Below are positions 39,097 through 47,376 of a stretch of DNA of 64,000 nt, one piece after another. The DNA is from Escherichia phage KarlSchell_Bas89: the sequence record PQ850613.1; one strand, 5' to 3'. The notes under the pieces were generated by a model, which searched no databases, was not told the origin of the DNA, and saw only the letters and a program-made list of their open reading frames with translations. Numbering within the stretch: position 1 is the stretch's first letter; each line of letters opens with the position of its first letter. Both the position numbers and the translations under genes were made by a program.

Positions 39097-40459
39097 AGTT
39101 AAAGGCATATATAAATGTCTTCGCATTGTCACGAGTAGGAAGACCAGCAAGTCTCTGGTTGTGGGAGTGGATATCACCTTCTAATAAAATGTCACGATAC
39201 ATAACAGCAGAAGCTAAACCACGTTCAGCCAATGCTTTCTTACCAGCGTTACCTTCTGCAATGGCTTCAGCAAGCATGTCTCTACACTCTTTAATGAGGT
39301 AGTGAGCAAGCATACGAAGCTCTAATCCAGAACCGTCATAACCTAAGAAGAGTTCTCTACCAGCTGGTACATAATATTTATACAGACCTACCGGTTTGTC
39401 TTTCTTTCCGGGTTTTCCACGTTCGTAGATAACGTTTGTATTTTTTCGTAAGTAACACCCATCAGGGATATTGTTGGTAATGATGAAAGGATAGTTATGA
39501 CTATCATCTGTGGAGTAGTTAGATTGAAATAAACTCCTACACTCGTGACCAAACAAACCGCGAGAAGGAATATTAACAACAATGCGATGTTTAAAACGAA
39601 ATGTCGGAGTAGCGCAGCTATTAGCTTCCGCTGAGAGTTTACCATCTGGACGTTCCTTATCAATCAGTCCATTAATCAAGCCTAGTCTGTGAGCCGCTAC
39701 AACACGTCTCTTAAGCAGACTTCCCACTTTACCTAGATCACCCTCAAGACCTTCTTCAAGAGTCTCTTCGAGGTTTGTAGGAGCTGTGGGCCACTTGTTT
39801 GAAGTAGCTAATGCTCTCTTAATTTCATCAAAGGTTACAGGTTTCTTCCTGTTAGGGTTCAAACCTAAACCAAAGACATAAGCCTTCATGTAGTTGACAG
39901 TTTTGTGACGGAAGTGCTTATCCAAGAACTTCTTGATATCAGCATCAACCATCTGAGCTGTCTGTCGCTCTTTCTCATTGCCACGCATCCAAGAGTTGTA
40001 CCATTCTTGATACGTTCCACACTTACGCATGGCTCGCTTAATCTCAAATGTGTTCCAAGGCTTCTTAGATGTATTAAATTCTGGAGGAAGAAAACCTTCA
40101 TCCATCAGTGCTTCTTTAACTCGTGCATCCTTTGATGGGTCAAAGTCAACATACTCAACACAAGTAAAAGCTCCACCAATATCTTCTCTCTTTAACCCTA
40201 CTCTGTCGCAATATAATTGAGGCCACTTCTGAAGAGCACCAGTCTTCTTAAAGGGTTTCATGTAAGTAGAGCCATCAACCCTCATCTTAGGTAACAGAGG
40301 AATTAATTCTCTGTCGATGTTAACGATAATCTCTCTGAGAAGGTGAACATACCACCGTGCATTCCTCCGATTAAAGTTGACACCACTCTTCGCTTGCTTT
40401 GAAATTATATCAGCGACAGTCATCTCCGTTAAGAACGGAAGTACATCAGGGTTCTCCAT
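39097..40459 (-). CDS. DNA polymerase (family A, T7 gp5-like) exon 1: polymerase domain through the first half of motif B, no exonuclease domain
   Basis: Motif A 'LGYDGSGLELRMLAHY'; motif B start 'RDNAKTFIYAF'; RBS AAGGAGAGG before ATG 40459. Confidence 0.75.
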
Positions 40460-40474
40460 CACCCTCTCCTTTTA

Positions 40475-40852
40475 TTATCGGTATAGTAAATCTGTAAATG
40501 CTTGATTATCTGCTATTACATCCAAAGCCTCATCCGTGCTAGGAGTTTCAGCTTCTTCTACTTGGTACACAACCTCACGCACACGGAAAGCTCTTGCAGG
40601 AACCCTAAAGCCAGCATGTCTCTCCATAACATCTTTCTGAACCTGTGCAAGTTTCATACCCCACACTTCTTCATAAAGCTCTGGATGTTTATTACTAATA
40701 ACTACATATTGGCGATGTACGGATTTCGACTCTCTGACCTTAGCTAGTAACTCATTAAACAGGTCTAACTCTTCTTCAGAGAGTGCATCCACAATATCTT
40801 CCCACTTCTCTACACAGAAGCGGTGGGCATGTCTGATAGGTAATGGCATCAT
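40475..40852 (-). CDS. hypothetical protein
   Basis: 125-aa ORF in coding orientation. Confidence 0.35.
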   Translation of the reverse strand: MMPLPIRHAHRFCVEKWEDIVDALSEEELDLFNELLAKVRESKSVHRQYVVISNKHPELYEEVWGMKLAQVQKDVMERHAGFRVPARAFRVREVVYQVEEAETPSTDEALDVIADNQAFTDLLYR

Positions 40853-41107
40853 TTACCCCTTAGGGAAAGGAAGAAGATTTTCTACTGCAACACGATAAAC
40901 TTTTTCTACGTTTTTGTTTTTATAGGAGATAAACTTGCCATCAGCACCACGAAGAATTACATTAGTGCGAGCAGTCTTCGGGTTCTGGGAAATCTGACCA
41001 GCAATGATAGACGCATTAATCGCATTATCAGCGAAGTTAGCAAACTTCCACTTAACCAGTTTATTGGAAATTGAATCGATGATAGTTACAGTTTTTACGA
41101 TAGACAT
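40853..41107 (-). CDS. hypothetical protein
   Basis: 84-aa ORF, adjacent to the upstream stop. Confidence 0.35.
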   Translation of the reverse strand: MSIVKTVTIIDSISNKLVKWKFANFADNAINASIIAGQISQNPKTARTNVILRGADGKFISYKNKNVEKVYRVAVENLLPFPKG

Positions 41108-41166
41108 ATTTTATTACCTAAAGGGTTTGTATAAAAGAAAAGGCCACCCAAGCGGGTAGCCTCTGA

Positions 41167-41661
41167 TTAACTAGAGCTTAAAGCGTGTCTGATAGCTGTA
41201 TGGCTTACACCAAACATCCTACCTAAAGCTCTTGTTCCAAACTGAGCAGAACCTTTGACATAAAGGTTTTTAACTCTTTTAACATCCTCTGTATTAAGTT
41301 TCATTCTAGGGTTTATGTTCCTGTGATGGCCTACATTAAGACCTGTATCAAAAGAATGTTGAACATTCTCAGAAGCATCTGCCCACTCTAGATTCTCAAT
41401 ACGATTATCACTTTTTACACCATTCTTATGATTTATCTGAGGTTTGTTTTCAGGGTTAGGTATGAAAAAGGTTGCTATCAACCTATGAGCTTTCCATGAC
41501 CTCCCTTCAAAATAAACCCTAATATAACCTTTAGTGTCTAAGTGGCCAGCCTCTTTACCCGGATGGCTCTTATTCCACTTAAAACCTTTTGAAGATGACT
41601 CTGTGTAAAACAGACGACCAGAATCTCTATCATAAGAGAGGTAGTCGGATATAGGAATCAC
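41167..41661 (-). CDS. HNH homing endonuclease
   Basis: 'HRLIATFFIPNPENKPQINHKNGVKSDNRIENLEWADASEN'. Confidence 0.8.
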   Translation of the reverse strand: MIPISDYLSYDRDSGRLFYTESSSKGFKWNKSHPGKEAGHLDTKGYIRVYFEGRSWKAHRLIATFFIPNPENKPQINHKNGVKSDNRIENLEWADASENVQHSFDTGLNVGHHRNINPRMKLNTEDVKRVKNLYVKGSAQFGTRALGRMFGVSHTAIRHALSSS

Positions 41662-41969
41662 TGACTCAGCGCCCCCTTCCTTCCACCATTTGATTTTCCA
41701 GCTCGATCTCCACTTTTGCCGCCAGCTGAACGATTGCTGCTGACTGTCTCAACACGTAAATTGCTTGACGCATTAGAGCCTCCTGATTTAATGGCTCGTT
41801 TGTGTCCGACATCTTTACCTTTGAGTGCAGATTTTCCAACGCGTTTCTCAACGATGCGACGTGCACGGTGGCGCTGAGCATCTCCGCTCTTACTTCCAAC
41901 TCCCGTTTCACCTCTTGCGATGGCTGTACGTCTTTCTTGTGCATAATCTCTTTTAGCCTTATCAGTCAT
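41658..41969 (-). CDS. hypothetical basic protein (frame choice uncertain)
   Basis: K/R/G/S-rich; overlaps an alternative-frame ORF 41666-41944 on the same strand. Confidence 0.3.
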   Translation of the reverse strand: MTDKAKRDYAQERRTAIARGETGVGSKSGDAQRHRARRIVEKRVGKSALKGKDVGHKRAIKSGGSNASSNLRVETVSSNRSAGGKSGDRAGKSNGGRKGALSQ

Positions 41970-42027
41970 TTACAACTCCTTAATATATCAGTGTACACTA
42001 AGGAGTATACATTATGAGAGGGTAGCT

Positions 42028-42768
42028 TTAGTTGCCACCCTTCTCCATAGCTTTAACGATTGCTTTACAGAAACCAGAACGAACAATGTCATCCGAGTCG
42101 CCATCAACAATATCAGCGAACTCGTACAGATCATGCTCATCAATGAACTCGGTAGCCCAAGTAAGACCACTCTCCCGACCTTTCATATCGTGCTGGTTAG
42201 TGTCACCCATGCAGAACAGCTGGGATGTTTCACCCAAGCGGGTCATGATAGAGAATGCTTCATCTTTGGTTGTATTCTGGAACTCATCCACAATAACAAT
42301 GGCATCATTGAAAGAGCGACCACGGAGGTATTCCAGAGGCACAAACTCAATATTCCCATTACCAAGCTGGCATTCATAAAAACCTTTACCATATCGCTGA
42401 GTAATCACATCAACAATAGGCATCAGGTATGGTTCGAACTTATCACGAAGCCCACCCGGAAGTAACCCAAGAGAATTACCCATGCCAACAGAGGGTCGGC
42501 TAATGATAATCTTTTGAATCTTACCACTCTTCAGTGCATCAATGACAGTAGAGGTGATGACGAATGTCTTACCACAGCCCGCAGGAGCGTCTGTGAACAC
42601 CACTTGTTTAGTCTTGATAGCATTGAGTAGCTCAGATTGAAACTGATTCTGAGGGACCACTGGCTTCGCTAAAACAACCTCTTCATACTCACGCTTACCT
42701 TTCTTGGTGACTAAGGCTTCACGACGTAAATCTTTACGAGATTCTCTACGGGACTGTCTACGGCTCAT
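42028..42768 (-). CDS. phoH: PhoH-like ATPase
   Basis: Walker A 'DAPAGCGKT' and Walker B 'IVIVDEFQN'. Confidence 0.8.
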   Translation of the reverse strand: MSRRQSRRESRKDLRREALVTKKGKREYEEVVLAKPVVPQNQFQSELLNAIKTKQVVFTDAPAGCGKTFVITSTVIDALKSGKIQKIIISRPSVGMGNSLGLLPGGLRDKFEPYLMPIVDVITQRYGKGFYECQLGNGNIEFVPLEYLRGRSFNDAIVIVDEFQNTTKDEAFSIMTRLGETSQLFCMGDTNQHDMKGRESGLTWATEFIDEHDLYEFADIVDGDSDDIVRSGFCKAIVKAMEKGGN

Positions 42769-42950
42769 TTGCGCTCTCCTAGCTCTTCGTAATTAAATAC
42801 AGAGGTTCGACAATCTTTACATATTGTTGTATAGACTCGAACATTAATGAACTTCTTGTTCTTCCCTTTGGTGGGTGAGCCTTTAGCAAGCTCACTGATA
42901 ACTTTAGAACTTAAGTTTAGGTTTGTGCCTTCACATTTAGAGCACTTCAC
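42765..42950 (-). CDS. small zinc-ribbon protein
   Basis: 'CSKCEG...CKDC' pair of CxxC. Confidence 0.35.
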   Translation of the reverse strand: MKCSKCEGTNLNLSSKVISELAKGSPTKGKNKKFINVRVYTTICKDCRTSVFNYEELGERK

Positions 42951-43113
42951 TCAGGCTCACCAACAGTAACTTCCAAAACAACTTGAGAGATGATGTTGTT
43001 GATCTGTTTGATTTGCTCATAAGTCAGTTGCATACCTTTCATTTTCCGAGGGGCATTACTTCGTGCTCTTCGCTGACGATAAAAATTGTTCTTTTTGACA
43101 GAGTGTAAGCTAC

Positions 43114-43344
43114 TCATTTTAAATCCACCAACTCAAGATTCCACCAAACATCTTCCATTCTCGGCGAACGCCCACCGAATGAGTCGTCGCAGTTCTTGTT
43201 GTTTAGGGTGTAATCGATAGAGTAACAAGGCACACCTTCATCTTCTAGCTGCTTTCGAGTCGGTTTATCTTGGAACACAGCTTCGAAGTATGAACCATCT
43301 TGATCATATTCATTTATTTCACGAGTTAGAACCCATACTTTCAT
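43114..43344 (-). CDS. hypothetical protein
   Basis: 76-aa ORF in coding orientation. Confidence 0.3.
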   Translation of the reverse strand: MKVWVLTREINEYDQDGSYFEAVFQDKPTRKQLEDEGVPCYSIDYTLNNKNCDDSFGGRSPRMEDVWWNLELVDLK

Positions 43345-43562
43345 TTCACAACCTTAAACTTAAATGTTGTTGGGTGGTAGTAGTGTAACCTGTTTATTGT
43401 GTGCTTAGTCTCATGATACAGAACACAAGAGTGGCACATTGAATGGTGCAAACAGGTTACTGGATTACGTTTGAAATTGGCAATAAGCTTCCGCTTGTTA
43501 CAGAAGCTACATGTTTTGTGTAAGTCCATTAACTCTCCAGAGTTTTCCTTAGAGCTGACCAA
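43341..43562 (-). CDS. hypothetical Cys/His-rich protein
   Basis: 73-aa ORF with 'CSFC...CLHHSMCHSC'. Confidence 0.3.
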   Translation of the reverse strand: MVSSKENSGELMDLHKTCSFCNKRKLIANFKRNPVTCLHHSMCHSCVLYHETKHTINRLHYYHPTTFKFKVVK

Positions 43563-44185
43563 GAAATTGGGTAGAGTTTAGCCATCTCTTCATCTAATGA
43601 CTGAGCAAACAGTCGAACTTCATACTGAGCATGGGATGATAGTCGTTGACGACACAATTCAAACCAGCCATACAAGCTACCAGTCCAGACCCACTCAGTA
43701 ATCATTCCCTGAGGAAGAACAAAGCGAGCTTGCTCTGGTGCAATAAATTCAATTAGCTTATCATACGCTGCCAGTGAAGCTTCGTATGCATTATTGATCA
43801 GCATTAATGCTTCGGCTCGTTCTCCGTTGACAAGCTGTGTCCCTGAACCTGCATGGAGGTCCGAAGGTCTCGCAAAAATCTCTTTAGGGATGAAGACTTC
43901 AACTGCTCCATCTTTATACCGCCGGGACATTTCGTTCCACGAGAACCCAATTTGGTGTTTTCCAAGCTGTCTCGCAATTGCGATAGGTGCTTTGCATCGG
44001 AAACTGACTTGTGGGTGTCGGAATGGCGTAACATGCTTCTCTCTTGCGAGAAAGTTGATGAGACGTTCATCGCGATCATTTAAATCACCTTCGCGGGTTA
44101 CGCCAAAGGAAACTCGAGCTGCGTTTACTACGCTACGATCACTTCCCATAGCTTCGATTAATGTTGCTTGTAATTGTTCATTCAT
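43529..44185 (-). CDS. thyX: ThyX-family (flavin-dependent thymidylate synthase-like) protein, divergent
   Basis: Region 'HVTPFRHPQVSF...RQLGKHQIGFSWNEMSRRY' aligns by eye to the ThyX RHR-x7-S block, but reads KHQ where RHR is expected. Confidence 0.5.
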   Translation of the reverse strand: MNEQLQATLIEAMGSDRSVVNAARVSFGVTREGDLNDRDERLINFLAREKHVTPFRHPQVSFRCKAPIAIARQLGKHQIGFSWNEMSRRYKDGAVEVFIPKEIFARPSDLHAGSGTQLVNGERAEALMLINNAYEASLAAYDKLIEFIAPEQARFVLPQGMITEWVWTGSLYGWFELCRQRLSSHAQYEVRLFAQSLDEEMAKLYPISWSALRKTLES

Positions 44186-44204
44186 CCGTGAATTTCCTTA
44201 TTTC

Positions 44205-44480
44205 TTATTTAATATCCAAAGCTGTTACTAAGAAAGCTTTCAGGTTTGCTTCAGTCTGCATACCAGATAAGCTATAATGTGCTCCGCTGTTACGATTAGG
44301 CACAATGAAAGCAGGAATGCTTCGTACACCGTACTCGATAGCTCGCTCACGACCGTTGCCTTCGAGGATATTAACCTCTTCAACTTCTAGGTTAAGCTCT
44401 TCAGCTAATTTGTTGAGGGTAGGAGCCATTGCTTTGCAAGGGGCACATTGATTACTATAAAACTTAATAATTTTGTTCAT
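44205..44480 (-). CDS. thioredoxin-like protein
   Basis: CxxC active site 'CAPC' in a ~90-aa thioredoxin-fold-sized protein. Confidence 0.65.
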   Translation of the reverse strand: MNKIIKFYSNQCAPCKAMAPTLNKLAEELNLEVEEVNILEGNGRERAIEYGVRSIPAFIVPNRNSGAHYSLSGMQTEANLKAFLVTALDIK

Positions 44481-44487
44481 AAAAACC

Positions 44488-44742
44488 TTAAGCAGTGATC
44501 AGGTGGAGGGTAAATGGGATGACCACAGAGATAATAACCCAAGCAACAGATGCGATTTGGATTTCATTCTTCTTGTCCGGTGTCTCTTCAATAAGTTTCT
44601 TGCTGCCATAATAAACACCGCCGCCAATGAGAAGTGCCCAAATACTCCAAATGGTTGCTGATAACATATTCAATTCCTTATAAACAAGTTCGCCCCACCT
44701 CGGATTAGGAGACAGGGCGGAGGTTTTAGTATGAGACGTCAC
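44488..44742 (-). CDS. small two-TMD membrane protein
   Basis: Two hydrophobic segments 'LSATIWSIWALLIGGGVYY' and 'IASVAWVIISVVIPFTL'. Confidence 0.4.
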   Translation of the reverse strand: MTSHTKTSALSPNPRWGELVYKELNMLSATIWSIWALLIGGGVYYGSKKLIEETPDKKNEIQIASVAWVIISVVIPFTLHLITA

Positions 44743-45310
44743 TGGAGTGTGACATGTTACTTTTAACGAAGTAGCAATACTTGCCTAACCCTTCGTTGAT
44801 TTCTTGGAGCATGCTCTGGTCAACTGGATACTCGCTCAAACATCCATCGAACTCATCCATTTTGTCAATCATGCACATTAAAGACATGCACATATCAGAG
44901 AGCATACCATCCATATCTAGGTCTGCATTTCCTTCAGAGAACCAAGAGTGTGACAAGTAGTTAGAAGCAGTTGCATCCACCTTAATACAGTGGAAACGCA
45001 TACGTTCAGCTATCCGATCACCTGTCTCACGAGCATAATCTTCCAGCTCATCAAACATTCCATGAACACCCTGAAACCCTGCACCAGATACGTTCCAGTG
45101 ATAATTCTTAGCTTTGATATGCAAGAGTTCTAAGTTAGCTTGAATACCGCATAGAATGTGTTCTAGGCTGTTTCCACTAATCATCCCTTGCATACGCTCT
45201 AAACGGGAGATAGAAGAGTCTGTTTCACGTAATACATCACGGAAAGAAGTCTCTTTTGTTAGAGTTGGTAAGTCGAAAACATTGTGATTAGACATTAGGA
45301 TTTTCTCCAT
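44726..45310 (-). CDS. Dps/ferritin-like protein
   Basis: 'HWNVSGAGFQGVHGMFDELEDYARETGDRIAERM' matches the Dps ferroxidase-site signature. Confidence 0.6.
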   Translation of the reverse strand: MEKILMSNHNVFDLPTLTKETSFRDVLRETDSSISRLERMQGMISGNSLEHILCGIQANLELLHIKAKNYHWNVSGAGFQGVHGMFDELEDYARETGDRIAERMRFHCIKVDATASNYLSHSWFSEGNADLDMDGMLSDMCMSLMCMIDKMDEFDGCLSEYPVDQSMLQEINEGLGKYCYFVKSNMSHSSDVSY

Positions 45311-45617
45311 CAAGTTCTACTGAGTTCGCAACATTGCGTTCCAGATTTGAGATTACCTGTTGGGTGATAACGATGCAGTTCTGTGGGTCAACTGACTTAG
45401 AACGTCCCATCTCAGGGTCATACACCTTAACACGTTTTGCTGTAGAACCAGTTACCTGTAACACCTTGAGAAGATAACCCTGATTCCCGATAGACCATGC
45501 AACAACATCACGATTCTTGATGAATCGACCAAGCATATCACGATGGTAGAACTGCTGCATAACCTTTGATTTATTAATCTCTTCGGCTGGCGGAGCCACT
45601 TTACTCAAATCTAACAT
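45288..45617 (-). CDS. hypothetical protein
   Basis: 109-aa ORF; promoter-like motif upstream. Confidence 0.35.
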   Translation of the reverse strand: MLDLSKVAPPAEEINKSKVMQQFYHRDMLGRFIKNRDVVAWSIGNQGYLLKVLQVTGSTAKRVKVYDPEMGRSKSVDPQNCIVITQQVISNLERNVANSVELDGENPNV

Positions 45618-45654
45618 TTCACTCTCTCCTGTTTAATACAATATTCTTATACTG

Positions 45655-45664
45655 TATATACATT
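45655..45664 (-). promoter_or_regulatory. promoter-like motif AAATGTATATA on the minus strand, ~38 nt upstream of the 45617 gene
   Basis: Plus-strand tatatacattt; 9 of 10 match to TAATGTATAT. Confidence 0.35.
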
Positions 45665-45689
45665 TGAGAGTGATCATATCTACTACCAA

Positions 45690-45902
45690 TTAGTAGTAAA
45701 CATATCCAGAGATATATGAGCCTTTATCCCCACTAAACTCAAACCATCGATGCATGTCAGCACGTTTAACCGTACCGACTAGAGCTTTCATATTCTTCTT
45801 AGCAATACGAGCCTCTTTACGAGTGTTAAACAGTTTGATATTATCTTTACCTAGATGGTGTCCATCTTCCCAAACAACACGAACAGCCCACATCTTTTTC
45901 AT
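45690..45902 (-). CDS. small basic protein, tandem paralog 3 of 3
   Basis: Shares 'K.W.VRV...R.EAR..KK...G.YISG.V.Y' with the two upstream ORFs. Confidence 0.45.
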   Translation of the reverse strand: MKKMWAVRVVWEDGHHLGKDNIKLFNTRKEARIAKKNMKALVGTVKRADMHRWFEFSGDKGSYISGYVYY

Positions 45903-46117
45903 TAGTAATGCACCTTTCCGCTGATATAAATACGGCCTGAGGTATACTCATAGCCCTTGAGAATCTTGACAGAGGTAAGATATCCAGTGTGTAATTCACT
46001 GAACGATTTCTTAAGCCTACGTGCGCCTTCTCGTGTTTTCTGGTAGGTCATGGTCACACCCCCACTTGTCCACTCTGTTCTAACTAACCAAACTCTTTTC
46101 ATAAGACCTGCTCTCAT
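45902..46117 (-). CDS. small basic protein, tandem paralog 2 of 3
   Basis: Same family pattern; stop-start overlaps on both sides. Confidence 0.45.
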   Translation of the reverse strand: MRAGLMKRVWLVRTEWTSGGVTMTYQKTREGARRLKKSFSELHTGYLTSVKILKGYEYTSGRIYISGKVHY

Positions 46118-46314
46118 TAGTAGTACACCTTGCTGCCAGCCATGAAAGCCCCTGTCGAGCTTATAATAACCTTACTGATAGTAACTTTCTTATGCCGGAA
46201 GTATGTCTTCCAGCCCTTTTTACAGATTCGAGCTTCTTGTCGAGTCTTACAAAAGTCAGCCAAAGACAGCTCTTGGGTTTTGTTATCATAAACACGAACA
46301 CACCACTTTTTCAT
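46117..46314 (-). CDS. small basic protein, tandem paralog 1 of 3
   Basis: Same family pattern; ends in YY. Confidence 0.45.
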   Translation of the reverse strand: MKKWCVRVYDNKTQELSLADFCKTRQEARICKKGWKTYFRHKKVTISKVIISSTGAFMAGSKVYY

Positions 46315-46839
46315 TTATCTTTCATCCACATTAAAGGAGAGATGGAGTCTGCTTCTCATAGACTTAGCTAAAAGTTTTGCCTCTTCGAGAGTTTTCACTC
46401 CATATACAGACTCACGTTTACCATCTTTTTGAACAGAGACACAGAACGTCCCACCTTTCTCTTGGTAGACATTCTTAATCCCTAGCTTGTTATCAACTCT
46501 GGTCTTAGCATTCTGACTATTTTCAGAGTGAGAACACTTTCTCAGGTTAATTTCTTCTAGATTCCCTCTGTTACCATCAGCGTGATCTATTTGATATTCA
46601 TCCGATAAATCCTCACCAGTATAAAGAACAAAAAGAATCCTATGATTATGGACACGAACTCCTCCTAAGGGAATTTGGTAATATCCATCTTTTGTGAGTT
46701 TTCCAGCAGGTTTCCCTGCTATATCATTAGCAAATTTACTAGGCTTCCTTTTCCAAGAAAGCCCTGACGGGGATGACATGTCTATGTTAAAAAGATCAAA
46801 CACTTCATCATAGCATATCAGCATGGTTTGTTCCACCAA
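46315..46839 (-). CDS. HNH homing endonuclease with AP2-like domain
   Basis: 'HNHRILFVLYTGEDLSDEYQIDHADGNRGNLEEINLR' plus 'GIKNVYQEKGGTFCVSVQKDGKRESVYGVKTLEEA'. Confidence 0.8.
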   Translation of the reverse strand: MVEQTMLICYDEVFDLFNIDMSSPSGLSWKRKPSKFANDIAGKPAGKLTKDGYYQIPLGGVRVHNHRILFVLYTGEDLSDEYQIDHADGNRGNLEEINLRKCSHSENSQNAKTRVDNKLGIKNVYQEKGGTFCVSVQKDGKRESVYGVKTLEEAKLLAKSMRSRLHLSFNVDER

Positions 46840-47362
46840 AAGCTTTTGTTGGCCCTTGTTGGTTATTGTATGAACCTTTAGTTGCGTAACTATCTTCTTC
46901 AGAGGAGGAGTGTTTAAAGAACTCCATTTGACCGATACGCATTCCCGGCTTAATTAGCAAAGAGTGATGCTGTAGGACGTTCTTGAATTCCATAGTAAGT
47001 TGGCTCCCATGCCACCCACCGTCAGCATGACCAGCGTGCATGTGCTCTAAGAAGCAACGACCAACAGTGGACCGTAACATGAAGTCACAACTAATATTAT
47101 CTGGCAGGTTGAATGTCTCCACTGTATGAGCCAAGAAGCACTCACCCGGTTTGATAACTAAACCTTCTTCTGGAATCATAACCTCGTTGAAGTTAGGAGA
47201 CTCTTTAGCGGAGATATCAACAACCCCATTAGCTGCTCCTTCCATCAGAACACGGTCTCCAATACGAACATCAATACTGGAGGAGTTAACAGCTGAGTGA
47301 GGTGCATCAATAACACCATCATCGATTAGTTTATGTAATTCCGGACTTCCTAATAAACTCAT
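46808..47362 (-). CDS. dcd: dCTP deaminase (dUTPase superfamily)
   Basis: Collinear with E. coli Dcd by eye: 'IDVRIG', 'KPGECFLAHTVE', 'AGHADGGWHGSQLTMEF', 'IKPGMRIGQMEF'. Confidence 0.8.
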   Translation of the reverse strand: MSLLGSPELHKLIDDGVIDAPHSAVNSSSIDVRIGDRVLMEGAANGVVDISAKESPNFNEVMIPEEGLVIKPGECFLAHTVETFNLPDNISCDFMLRSTVGRCFLEHMHAGHADGGWHGSQLTMEFKNVLQHHSLLIKPGMRIGQMEFFKHSSSEEDSYATKGSYNNQQGPTKAFGGTNHADML

Positions 47363-47376
47363 TCTTATTCCTTGTA

